Assembly (NCBI GenBank): GCA_016218805.1 | Contig: JACRCW010000159.1 | Coordinates: 1 to 64,000 of the forward strand | Direction of reading: 5' to 3' | Source: Deltaproteobacteria bacterium | Lineage (GTDB): Bacteria; Myxococcota; JACRCW01 | Length of the DNA stretch: 64,000 nt | Part shown: positions 1-10,210 of the stretch, in pieces | How positions within the stretch are numbered: position 1 is the stretch's first letter | Layout of the letters: each line of letters begins with the position of its first letter | Position numbers and translations under genes: made by a program | Notes under the pieces: model-generated | What the model was told of the DNA's origin: nothing | What the model saw: only the letters and a program-made list of their open reading frames with translations | Database searches by the model: none

Positions 1-251
1 CATGTCGTCGTCAATCGGTCTGACTGACGACACTGCTCCCGTTTCCCGTTTCCCGCTACCCCCACCGTTGGCGGGAAACGCTTCCCGGAAACACCTCAAA
101 GAGCGTGATCCCATGTTCATCAATCTGCGTGGCTCTGCTCACCACCCCTCTCAAGCGCGGTCGACTCCGTTGATCCGTCGCAGGCCGTGGCGGACGGCGT
201 CACGCCTGCGGCCCATGCGCCTCCGCGTGTTGAGTCCCCAGAAATGCGCCG

Positions 252-1250
252 TTACTCGTGGACCACCGGCGCGTTGAGCATGTGGATGTAGTTTGCCCGC
301 TCAAACGCCGCGGGGTCCGGGCAGCGTTCCAGGGACATGCATCCATGGAGCTGCTTGAAGGACTCGTAGCCGTTCTCGCCCATCCAGCGCTCCAGGCCTT
401 CGCGCAGGACGCGGAGGTAGTCCGGGCCATTGCGCATCAGGCAGGACACCACCTGGATGGCGGCGGCGCCGGACATCACCGCGCGCACGGCGTCCAGCGG
501 CTGGTGCACGCCGCCGCTGACGCACAGGTCCGTGCCCGCGCGGCCGTGCAGGATGCCCAGCCACATCAGGCGCAGCGGCAGTTCGGCGGACGTGGACAGG
601 TGGAGCTTGCGGACCATCTCCAGGTTCTCCACGTCAATGTCCGGCTGGAAGAACCGGTTGAACAGCACCAGTCCCTGCGCGCCGGCGCGTCCCAGCTGGT
701 TGGCCAGGTGGGGCAGTGCGGTGAAGAACGGGGACAGCTTCACCGCCACCGGGATGGGAACCGTGCGCCGGACCTCGCGCAGCATGTTCATCATCTCCTG
801 CTCCACCGCGTCGGAGCTCACCTTCACGTCGGTGACCACGCGGTACACGTTCAACTCCAGCCCGTGCGCGCCGGCCTGGTGCAGCCGCTTGGCGTATTCC
901 ATCCAATCGCCCAGCGTGGTGCCGTTGAGGGATGCAATGACCGGGACCTTCACCGCGTTGCGGATGCGCTGCACCTTCTCCAGGTATTCCTCGGGCCCCT
1001 GCTTGAGCATGTCCGTGGGGGGCAGGTAGCTGCGCGCTTCGGGGTGGCTGAGTTCATGGACGCGCACGTTGCTCTGCCAGTGCTGCTCCTCCTGGGTCAG
1101 TTCCTCCTGGAACAGCGACCGGATGACAATGGCGGAGGCGCCCGCGTCCTCCAGGCGCTTGACGGTGTCCAGGTTGTCCGCGAGCGGGCTTGCCCCCGGC
1201 ATGAAGGGGCTTGGGAGGTCAAAGCCCATGTACTTGGTTGACAGGTCCAC
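252..1250 (-). CDS. Dihydroorotate dehydrogenase-like flavoprotein (PFOR-associated family)
   Basis: MDLSTKYMG..L.SPF..ASPL start, PVIASLNG, ELN, PVAVKLSPFF, GLVLFNRF, SGGVH; directly downstream of PFOR. Confidence 0.85.
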   Translation of the reverse strand: MDLSTKYMGFDLPSPFMPGASPLADNLDTVKRLEDAGASAIVIRSLFQEELTQEEQHWQSNVRVHELSHPEARSYLPPTDMLKQGPEEYLEKVQRIRNAVKVPVIASLNGTTLGDWMEYAKRLHQAGAHGLELNVYRVVTDVKVSSDAVEQEMMNMLREVRRTVPIPVAVKLSPFFTALPHLANQLGRAGAQGLVLFNRFFQPDIDVENLEMVRKLHLSTSAELPLRLMWLGILHGRAGTDLCVSGGVHQPLDAVRAVMSGAAAIQVVSCLMRNGPDYLRVLREGLERWMGENGYESFKQLHGCMSLERCPDPAAFERANYIHMLNAPVVHE

Positions 1251-1262
1251 GGTGCGTTCTCC

Positions 1263-4200
1263 TCAGGCCTTGGGGGTGACGGGGTGGACGCCGGCCAGGC
1301 GTTCGTACAGTGCGCGGCGGAACTTCACGTCCTCCTCAGTGGCCTTCACCAGCTGCGCGTAGCGCGCCGGGTCCGCCTTTTCCGCCACGCGGAAGCGGCC
1401 TTCCTGGCGCATGTACTCCTCCGCGCGGACCTTGCCCGCGTCCGAATCCAGGTGCAGCTCGGACTCGCCCGTGCCGGCGCGGCGCGGGTCATAGCGGTAC
1501 AGGGGCCAGATGCCGCTGGCCACGGCGTTCTTCTGCTGGGTGAGCGCCATGGACATGTCATAACCATGGGCAATGCAGTGACTGTACGCGATGATGAGTG
1601 ACGCCCCGGGGTAGCTCTCCGCCTCCTGGAACGCCTTCACCGTCTGCACGTCCTTGGCGCCAAACGCCACCTGCGCCACGTACACGTTGCCGTACGCCAT
1701 GGCCATCAGGCCCAGGTCCTTCTTGCGCCCGGCCTTGCCGCGCGCGGCAAACCGCGCGGACGCACCGCGGGGCGTGGACTTGGACTGCTGGCCACCCGTG
1801 TTGGAATAGACCTCCGTGTCCACCACCAGCACGTTGACCTTGCGGCCCATGGCCAGCACGTGATCCAGGCCGCCGTAGCCAATGTCATACGCCCACCCGT
1901 CACCGCCCACGATCCACACGCTGCGCCGGACCAGGTGCTGGCACAGCGCGGCCAGGCGCTTGGCCTCGTCGGTGGGAATGCCGGCCAGCTTCTTGCGCAA
2001 CTCGTCAATCCGGGCGCGCTGTCCGCCAATCGCCTGCTCGGTGGACTGGTCCGCGTTGAGCAGCGCGTCAGCCAGGGCATCCCCCACCTTGGGCGCCAGC
2101 GCCTTGAGCAGCATCCGCGCCGCGTGCTCCTGCGCATCTGCGGCCAGCCGCATGCCCAGGCCAAACTCCGCGTTGTCCTCAAACAGCGAGTTGGCCCACG
2201 CCGGGCCGCGGCCCTCCGGGTTCACCGCGTAGGGCGTGGTGGGCAGGTTGCCGCCGTAGATGGAGGAGCAGCCGGTGGCGTTGGCAATGAGCAGCCGGTC
2301 CCCGTACAGCTGGGTGAGCAGCTTGATGTACGGCGTCTCGCCGCAGCCGGCGCAGGCGCCGCTGTATTCCATCAGCGGCTGCAGCAGCTGGCTGCCCTTG
2401 AGGTCCGCGCTGACGCGCGTGCGGTCCACCTCGGGGAGCTTCCGGAAGAACGCGGAATCGCGTGCGGCCTGTTCGCCGGCCTTCTCTGCGGGCTCCATGC
2501 GCAGCGCCTTGCGCCGCGGCTCCGTCTTGTCCTTGGCGGGGCACACCTCCACGCACAGGCGGCAGCCGGTGCAGTCCAGCCCGCTGACCGTGATGGCGTA
2601 CTTCTGACCTTCAAAATCGTGCCCTTTCCAGTTCATGGACAGGAATCCGGGGGGCGCGTTTTCCAGCAGTTTGGGTTCCACCACCTTGGCGCGGATGACG
2701 GCGTGCGGGCACACCAGCATGCACTTGTTGCACTGGATGCACAGCGCGTTGTCCCAGACGGGGATCTCGCGGGCGATATCCCGCTTCTCCCACTGCGTGG
2801 TGGCGGATGGCCACGTCCCGTCAACGGGGAACGCGCTCACGGGGAGCTTGTCGCCTTCACCGGCGATGATGCGCGCGGTGACGCGCTGGACAAAATCCGG
2901 GGCTTCCGGCGGCACCGGCGGGCGCCGCGTGGTGCGCGAACTGACCTTGCCCACAGTCACCGGGCGCATCTCCGTGGCGGCCGCGTCCAGCAGCGCCATG
3001 TTGCGCTTCACCACGTCCGGACCCTTCTTCTCGTACGCCTTTTCCACGCTGTGGCGCAGGCGCTTCATGGCCTCGTCACGCGGGAGGACCTCGGACAGGA
3101 GGAAGAACGCGGCCTGCAGCACCGTGCCCACGCGCCCGGCCAGGCCATGCTTGGTGGTGAGGGCGTCCGCGTCCATCACAAACAGCTTGAGCCCCTTGTC
3201 CACCACGGCCTGCTGGAACTCCACGGGGAAGGCGTCCCACGCGCGGTCCGGCTCCCACGGGCCGTTGATGAGCACCTTGGCGCCCTTGCCGGCCCGGTCC
3301 AGCAGCTCGCGCTGCTCAATGAACTGCGGCTGGTGGATGCCCACAAAGTCCGCCTGCTCCACCAGGTAGGGCGCCTGGATGGGGCTGGGGCCAAACCGCA
3401 GGTGGCTCACCGTGGCGGACCCGGACTTCTTGGAGTCGTACACAAAGTAACCCTGCGAATACCGGCCCTCGTCCTCGCCGATGATCTTGATGGACTGCTT
3501 GTTGGTGCCCACCGTCCCGTCCGCGCCCAGGCCGTGGAACAGCGCGCTGACCACGCCGGGCATGGGCAGGTTGAAGCCCGGGTCCACGTCCAGCGAGCGG
3601 TGGGTCACGTCATCATTGATGCCCACGGTGAAGTGGTTGCGCGGCGTCCCCAGGGACAGGTTGCGGAAGATGGCGTCCACCATGGCCGGGGTGAATTCCT
3701 TGGAGGACAGGCCGTACCGCCCGCCCACCACGGACCGCGCGCAGGTCTGCGGGAGCAGCCCGGCCTCGCGCGCCTCGTGCAGCGCCGCCACCACGTCCTG
3801 GTACAGCGGCTCGCCCACGGCGCCGGGCTCGCGCGTGCGGTCCATCACCGCCAGCCGCTGCGTGCTCTTGGGCAGCACGCCCGCCATCAGGCCCACGTCA
3901 AACGGCCGGTACAGCCGCACCGTCACCACGCCCACCTTGCGGCCGCGCTTGACCAGCTCGCGGACGGTCTCACGCACGGTCTCCGCGCCGGAGCCCATGA
4001 TGACCACCACGTGTTCGGCCTCCGGGTGGCCGTCATAGTCAAACGGCCGGTAACGGCGCCCCGTCAGCTTGCTGAACTGCTCCATGATCTCGGCAACCTT
4101 GGCGGGGGCCGCGTCGTAGAACAGGTTGCAGGCCTCACGCGCCTGGAAGAAGCAGTCCGGGTTCTGCGCGGTGCCCCGGATGGAGGGGCGGTCCGGGTCC

Positions 4201-4829
4201 AGCGCGCGCGCGCGGCACGCGGCAATGTCCGCGTCTGACACCATGGCGCGCAGCGCGTCATCCGGCAGCGCGGTGATCTTGTTGACTTCCGACGACGTGC
4301 GGAACCCGTCAAAGAAGTGCATGAACGGCAGGCGCGTCTTCAGCGTGGCCGCGTGGGCCACCGCCGCCAGGTCCTGCGCCTCCTGCACGCTGCCGCTGCA
4401 CAGCATGGCCACGCCCGTCTGCCGGCAGGCCATCACGTCCGAATGGTCACCAAAGATGGACAGCGCGTGCGTGGCAATGGTGCGCGCCGCCACGTGGATG
4501 GTGAACGGCGTCAGCTCGCCGGCAATCTTGTAGAGGTTGGGAATCATCAGCAGCAGGCCCTGTGACGCGGTGAACGTCGTGGCCATGGCGCCCGCCTGCA
4601 ACGCGCCGTGGACCGCGCCCGCCGCGCCTCCCTCGCTCTGCATCTCCACCACGTCGGGAATCTGCCCCAGCAGGTTGGTGGTGCCCTCCGCCGCCCACTC
4701 CTCGGACAACTCCGCCATCGAAGAAGACGGGGTGATGGGGTAGATGGCAATCACCTCCGACAGCCGGTAGGCCACCCGTGCCACCGCTTCGTTTCCGTCC
4801 ACCACCAGCATCTTCTTGGCTTCAGCCAT
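1263..4829 (-). CDS. nifJ: Pyruvate:ferredoxin (flavodoxin) oxidoreductase, single chain
   Basis: DGNEA, YPITPSS, EMQSEGGAAG, two ferredoxin motifs (CIQCNKC..VCP, CTGCRLC..VCP), GACAGCGET, GGDGWAYDIG; start set at MAEAKK with GGGAG RBS. Confidence 0.95.
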   Translation of the reverse strand: MAEAKKMLVVDGNEAVARVAYRLSEVIAIYPITPSSSMAELSEEWAAEGTTNLLGQIPDVVEMQSEGGAAGAVHGALQAGAMATTFTASQGLLLMIPNLYKIAGELTPFTIHVAARTIATHALSIFGDHSDVMACRQTGVAMLCSGSVQEAQDLAAVAHAATLKTRLPFMHFFDGFRTSSEVNKITALPDDALRAMVSDADIAACRARALDPDRPSIRGTAQNPDCFFQAREACNLFYDAAPAKVAEIMEQFSKLTGRRYRPFDYDGHPEAEHVVVIMGSGAETVRETVRELVKRGRKVGVVTVRLYRPFDVGLMAGVLPKSTQRLAVMDRTREPGAVGEPLYQDVVAALHEAREAGLLPQTCARSVVGGRYGLSSKEFTPAMVDAIFRNLSLGTPRNHFTVGINDDVTHRSLDVDPGFNLPMPGVVSALFHGLGADGTVGTNKQSIKIIGEDEGRYSQGYFVYDSKKSGSATVSHLRFGPSPIQAPYLVEQADFVGIHQPQFIEQRELLDRAGKGAKVLINGPWEPDRAWDAFPVEFQQAVVDKGLKLFVMDADALTTKHGLAGRVGTVLQAAFFLLSEVLPRDEAMKRLRHSVEKAYEKKGPDVVKRNMALLDAAATEMRPVTVGKVSSRTTRRPPVPPEAPDFVQRVTARIIAGEGDKLPVSAFPVDGTWPSATTQWEKRDIAREIPVWDNALCIQCNKCMLVCPHAVIRAKVVEPKLLENAPPGFLSMNWKGHDFEGQKYAITVSGLDCTGCRLCVEVCPAKDKTEPRRKALRMEPAEKAGEQAARDSAFFRKLPEVDRTRVSADLKGSQLLQPLMEYSGACAGCGETPYIKLLTQLYGDRLLIANATGCSSIYGGNLPTTPYAVNPEGRGPAWANSLFEDNAEFGLGMRLAADAQEHAARMLLKALAPKVGDALADALLNADQSTEQAIGGQRARIDELRKKLAGIPTDEAKRLAALCQHLVRRSVWIVGGDGWAYDIGYGGLDHVLAMGRKVNVLVVDTEVYSNTGGQQSKSTPRGASARFAARGKAGRKKDLGLMAMAYGNVYVAQVAFGAKDVQTVKAFQEAESYPGASLIIAYSHCIAHGYDMSMALTQQKNAVASGIWPLYRYDPRRAGTGESELHLDSDAGKVRAEEYMRQEGRFRVAEKADPARYAQLVKATEEDVKFRRALYERLAGVHPVTPKA

Positions 4830-4859
4830 GTGCGCGCTCCCGAGTGGGCTGGCCCGGAC

Positions 4860-4875
4860 TGCAAGCGTTGCGCCA
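4860..4875 (-). promoter_or_regulatory. Sigma54 (-24/-12) promoter of the PFOR operon
   Basis: Minus strand TGGCGCAACGCTTGCA = GG-N10-GC, close to TGGCAC-N5-TTGCA, about 30 nt upstream of the ATG. Confidence 0.7.
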
Positions 4876-5052
4876 CGTGAATTGGCGGGCAGAAATGCGC
4901 CTGACGTGCGAACGGATTGCGTAGTCCCGCCATGCAGCGAAAACAGTTCCGGTGCCGGCCGACATGCATGGCATCCCATTGATACGGAATCTGCGTGGCA
5001 GAGAGCCCACGGCGGGGCTGCCCGCGTGGTGAAGGTGCCTTAGGATGGGGTC

Positions 5053-5247
5053 ATGCAGGTGACTTCGGCAGCCGCCATTCTGGAGCGCGCGTTCCCGCGC
5101 GAGTCACGGCGCCGCAGCTGGGCGGTCCGCGTGGTCATGGCCGCGTGGCTGGCGGCCACGGTGGGTCTGGCGGCGTTCAACACGGGGACGCTCCGTCCGC
5201 AGTCACAGGGCAGCCAGGGCGGCCCGCCGGCGTCCTCCGGATCCTGA
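5053..5247 (+). CDS. Small hypothetical membrane protein
   Basis: 64 aa, one hydrophobic segment (VVMAAWLAATVGLAAF); fills the gap between PFOR and tatD. Confidence 0.45.
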   Translation: MQVTSAAAILERAFPRESRRRSWAVRVVMAAWLAATVGLAAFNTGTLRPQSQGSQGGPPASSGS

Positions 5248-5276
5248 AACGCGGCAGGTTGCGTGGTTGGTGGCCC

Positions 5277-6044
5277 TCACCGCAGGCCCAGCCGCCGGAT
5301 TGCGTTCTGCGCGGTGCGGGCCCGCGTCTCCTCCGGATCCAACCCGCGGGCGGCGGCAATCGCATCCGCCACGTGCGCCACAAATGCGGGCTCATTGCGC
5401 TTCCCGCGGTGCGGCACCGGCGCCAGGTACGGGCTGTCCGTCTCCGTGAGCAGCCGGTCCAGCGGCGCCTCACGCACAATGGTGGGCAATTCACCGGGTT
5501 TCTGGAACGTGAGCACGCCGGGGATGGACAGGTCGAACCCCAGGTCCAGCGCCTTCTTTCCCCACGCCCAGGTGCCGGTGAAGCAGTGCATGATGCCGCC
5601 CACCTCCTGGCCCTTCTCCGCCAGCAGGATGTCCATCAGCTCGTCATACGCGTCGCGCACATGGATCATCAGCGGCTTCTTCACCCGCCGCGCCAGCGCC
5701 ACCTGGCGGGCGAACACCTCGCGCTGCCGCTCCCGCGGGCTGTGGTCGTAATAGTAATCCAACCCGCATTCCCCCACCGCCACCACGCGCGGATGGGCAA
5801 AGTGCGCCGCCAGCCCGTCAACAAAATCGTCCGTGACCTCCGCCGCGTGGTGCGGATGGATCCCCACGGTGCACCAGGTATCCGCGTGCACGTCCGCCAG
5901 CGCGCGCGCCCGCCGGATCCCTTCCGGATCGCAGCCCACCGTCACCAGGTGGGTGACTCCCGCGGCCCGCGCCCGCGCGATCATCTCGCGGCGGTCGTCG
6001 TCATACCGGCGGTCATCCAGGTGGCAGTGCGCGTCGGCCAGCAT
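5277..6044 (-). CDS. tatD: TatD family hydrolase
   Basis: DAHCHL, GIHPH, VGECGLDYYY, IHVRDA, MHCFTG, ETDSPYLAPVPHRGKRNEP. Confidence 0.93.
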   Translation of the reverse strand: MLADAHCHLDDRRYDDDRREMIARARAAGVTHLVTVGCDPEGIRRARALADVHADTWCTVGIHPHHAAEVTDDFVDGLAAHFAHPRVVAVGECGLDYYYDHSPRERQREVFARQVALARRVKKPLMIHVRDAYDELMDILLAEKGQEVGGIMHCFTGTWAWGKKALDLGFDLSIPGVLTFQKPGELPTIVREAPLDRLLTETDSPYLAPVPHRGKRNEPAFVAHVADAIAAARGLDPEETRARTAQNAIRRLGLR

Positions 6045-6068
6045 GCAGGGCAGGGTACGGGGCGCGGA

Positions 6069-6512
6069 TCAGACGTGCGGCTTCTTCTTCTTGCGCGGCT
6101 GCGCGCGGGACATGCCACGCGCCAGCTTGGACACCGGGATCTGCGTGGAGCGCCGCGGCGGATCAATGTCGTCCAGCGCTTCCACGCGCCGTTCCAGCTC
6201 GGACAGCTTCTGCGCCACCGCGGCAATGTCGTCCTCGCTGGGGATGGTCAGGCGCTTGATCGCGTCGCCAACGGCGCTGTCCACGCGCGCGGCCAGTTCG
6301 TTGCGGCGCTGCTCCACCAGGTCGCGCACTTCGGCAAACATCCGCGTGGATTCCTCCCGGCTGAACGTCCCCAGCTCCACCAGCCGCCCCATCAGCGCTT
6401 GCGTCTCCTCCTCCGCGTTGTTGAGCGCCCCCAGCACCGCCTGCCATGCCTCCCGCAGCGGCCGTTGGCGCGCCTCATCGGCCGCCGCCTGCTCGGTCTC
6501 CCTCTCGCCCAT
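6069..6512 (-). CDS. Phasin family (PHA granule-associated) protein
   Basis: Helical pattern LG..AEEE..L..RLVE.G..SREE, then L.IPSEDDI..KLSELERRVEAL; basic C-terminus RKKKK. Confidence 0.65.
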   Translation of the reverse strand: MGERETEQAAADEARQRPLREAWQAVLGALNNAEEETQALMGRLVELGTFSREESTRMFAEVRDLVEQRRNELAARVDSAVGDAIKRLTIPSEDDIAAVAQKLSELERRVEALDDIDPPRRSTQIPVSKLARGMSRAQPRKKKKPHV

Positions 6513-6553
6513 GGCCGCCTCCGCGTTCTTTGGGAATACCCGCCAACGCGTAG

Positions 6554-8026
<1,473 letters not shown>

Positions 8027-8129
8027 TTCTGCAAGCAGGTGAGGAAGTTTCTTGCCCCGGGCACCCCTGTAGGTATACGGTGCGCGGCACAAAGCCGCTG
8101 TCCACGACGACACCCTCGGGCGACCCTTC

Positions 8130-8579
8130 ATGCAAACACCCAAGAACACACATAAAATCGTGAGCAAGCGCGTGGTGGAGGTGGAGCAGGGCGACATCCG
8201 GCGTTACGCGGATGCCATCTACGCGGGCATGCCCATCCATCATGACCTCGCCGCCGCCAAGAAGGCCGGGTATCCGGGCCTGGTGGCGCCGCCCACGTTC
8301 ACCGCCACGCTGGGTGACCACGCGGCGGTCCTGGGCGAAATGGAACTCAATCCCCGCACCATCCTGCACAGCGAGCAGGAACTGCTGGAGTACGAAGCGG
8401 TGTGCTCCGGTGACGTCCTCAATGTCACCACCACGCTGGTGGAAAGCTACGAGAAGACGGGCGGTTCCACCAACACCGGGTTCGTTATCGTGGAGGATGT
8501 GGGGACCAACCAGAAGGGGAAGAAGGTCTTCCACGCGCGCCGTGTGTTTGCCATCCGCGGTGGGTTCCCACGTCGCTGA
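8130..8579 (+). CDS. MaoC-like hot-dog fold dehydratase, N-terminal-type subunit
   Basis: IRRYADAI..PIHHD..AAKKAGY..APPTF, LHSEQ, TNQKG. Confidence 0.8.
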   Translation: MQTPKNTHKIVSKRVVEVEQGDIRRYADAIYAGMPIHHDLAAAKKAGYPGLVAPPTFTATLGDHAAVLGEMELNPRTILHSEQELLEYEAVCSGDVLNVTTTLVESYEKTGGSTNTGFVIVEDVGTNQKGKKVFHARRVFAIRGGFPRR

Positions 8580-8603
8580 AGGATTACCGGAGATTCCCGA
8601 GCC

Positions 8604-9572
8604 ATGGCCAAGCTCTACCTGGACACCGTTGAAGTCGGCGATCCCATTCTGGCGCTCCAGAAGCCGCCCATCACGCGCACGCAGATTGCCAAGTTTGCCG
8701 CGGCCAGCCGGGACTACGGGCCGCTCCACGTGGACGAGGAAGTGGCGCGCGCCTCCGGGTACGGCAGCGTCTTTGCGCACAGCATGATTGCCATGTCCTA
8801 CGTGGGCGAAATGCTGGAACGCTGGCTGGAGAACGGCCGCGTGGCGCGCCTGCACTGCAAGTTCCAGAAGTTCATCTGGCCGGGGGATGTGCTCTCCGCC
8901 AAGGGCGTGGTGGTCCCCAAGGTGGATCAGGACGGGCTGCCCACCATTGTGTGTGACGTCTGGGTGCAGAACCAGAACAATGACAAGGTGCTGGCCGGCA
9001 AGGCCGTGTGCGTCCTGTACCGCTCCGCGGAGGAGGAGAAGAAGCACGGCAAGGGCAGGCCGGAGTCGGTCAACATCACAAGCGAATACCAGTCCCCGCA
9101 CAAGAAGCAGGACGCGCCCAGGGTCACGGGCCCCGCGGACAAGCCGCCGCCCCGCCCACCGCCCAAGGCCAGTGGCACTCCGGTGGAAGTGAAACCGGAC
9201 GCCGCTGCCCCGCATGGGAAGGCCGCTGCGGCCAAGGCGCCCCCGGCAGACAAGAAGCACGCGTCCAAGCCGCCCATGCCCGCCGCCAAGCCGGAGCCGC
9301 ACAAGAAGGCGCCGGAGGCCAAGAAGCCCGAGCCGCCAAAGAAGGTGCCCGAGGCCAAGAAGCCTGAGCCGCATGCGAACAAGAAGCCGGCCGAGGCGAA
9401 GAAGCCGGAGCCCAAGAAGGCGCCGGAAGCCAAGAAGCCGGAACACAAGAAGGCGCCGGAGGCCAAGAAGCCGGAGCCCAAGAAGGCCCCTGAGGCCAAG
9501 AAGGCCCCTGAGGCCAAGAAGGCCCCTGAGGCCAAGAAGCCGGACCCCAAGAAGCACGCCAAGAAGAAGTGA
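8604..9572 (+). CDS. MaoC/PhaJ-like dehydratase with long Lys/Pro/Ala/Glu repeat tail
   Basis: FAAASRDYGPLHVD..A..SGY..VFAHSM hydratase motif; C-terminal half is KKAPEA/KKPEP repeats. Confidence 0.8.
   Translation: MAKLYLDTVEVGDPILALQKPPITRTQIAKFAAASRDYGPLHVDEEVARASGYGSVFAHSMIAMSYVGEMLERWLENGRVARLHCKFQKFIWPGDVLSAKGVVVPKVDQDGLPTIVCDVWVQNQNNDKVLAGKAVCVLYRSAEEEKKHGKGRPESVNITSEYQSPHKKQDAPRVTGPADKPPPRPPPKASGTPVEVKPDAAAPHGKAAAAKAPPADKKHASKPPMPAAKPEPHKKAPEAKKPEPPKKVPEAKKPEPHANKKPAEAKKPEPKKAPEAKKPEHKKAPEAKKPEPKKAPEAKKAPEAKKAPEAKKPDPKKHAKKK
9480..9533 (+). repeat. Three perfect 18-bp tandem repeats AAGAAGGCCCCTGAGGCC (KKAPEA) within a longer degenerate coding repeat (about 9280-9570)
   Basis: Read directly from the sequence. 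Confidence 0.9.
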
Positions 9573-9651
9573 TGGGGTCGGTCCCCGCGCTGCCGCGGGG
9601 CAGGTGACAAGCGCTCGCCGCAAGCCTACACGGGCGCCGGAGGGCGTCGCC

Positions 9652-10131
9652 GTGAAACTCGTATTTGTCCGACACGCCATTGCCGTGGAGAAACACCCGG
9701 ACGGGGACGGGGCCCGGGAGTTGACCGCCGAGGGCCGCAAGAAAGCCCTGGAAGTGTGCCGCGCGGTAGCCGGCATGGACCTGGGGATTGAACGGATCCT
9801 CACCAGCCCGCTGCAGCGATCCGTCCAGACCGCACAGATCCTCCGCGAAGTCCTCAAGCTCCCCAAGGCGCCCGAGGAGACCAAGGCGCTGCTCCCCGAG
9901 GCCGAGCCGCAGGCCCTCACCGCCATCCTCAAGTCCGCCAAGGCCGAGTGCATTGCCCTGGTGGGCCATGAGCCGCATATCTCGCGCTACACCGCCTGGA
10001 CCGTGGGCGGCGGCAAGTTTGATGTCCGCAAGTGCGGCGTGGTGGTCCTGGAAGGGGCCGGGGTTCCCGGTGCGGGCCAGGGTGCACTGGCCGGGCTGTT
10101 TGCTCCCCGCCACCTCAGGCCGCTGGTCTGA
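9652..10131 (+). CDS. sixA: Phosphohistidine phosphatase SixA family
   Basis: KLVFVRHA, RELT..G, ILTSPLQRSVQTA, LVGHEP; GTG start with GGAGG RBS. Confidence 0.85.
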   Translation: MKLVFVRHAIAVEKHPDGDGARELTAEGRKKALEVCRAVAGMDLGIERILTSPLQRSVQTAQILREVLKLPKAPEETKALLPEAEPQALTAILKSAKAECIALVGHEPHISRYTAWTVGGGKFDVRKCGVVVLEGAGVPGAGQGALAGLFAPRHLRPLV

Positions 10132-10133
10132 TT

Positions 10134-10193
10134 CCCCCCCACCCGACTCGGCGCCAGGCGCCGAGTCGACCTCCCCCCGCAAGCGGGGGGAGG
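10134..10193. repeat. REP-like double-hairpin element, copy A (between convergent genes)
   Basis: CCCCCCCACCC + GACTCGGCGC/GCGCCGAGTC + CCTCCCCCCGC-AA-GCGGGGGGAGG; near-identical copy at 21124. Confidence 0.75.
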
Positions 10194-10210
10194 CAAGACA
10201 ACGGCCGCGC

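Noticed and set aside
2..277. 91-aa ORF at the window start
   Set aside because: No motif and atypical codons; probably intergenic
252..1250. PreA or true PyrD assignment
   Set aside because: No C-terminal ferredoxin domain; context and motifs fit the PFOR-associated DHOD-like family
1860..4238. Long antisense ORFs (also 7968-9953, 18317-20440, 21893-24145, 30598-33393, 61451-63934)
   Set aside because: Shadow frames opposite recognisable genes in high-GC DNA; no motifs
4830..4979. N-terminal extensions in the ORF track (PFOR, serS, sixA, galU, galE, xdhB, ileS, hbd)
   Set aside because: Family similarity and RBS position point to downstream starts
4979..4992. FNR box upstream of PFOR
   Set aside because: Only the TTGAT half-site matches
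9280..9570. Repeat region as CRISPR array
   Set aside because: In-frame coding repeats with no spacers and no cas genes
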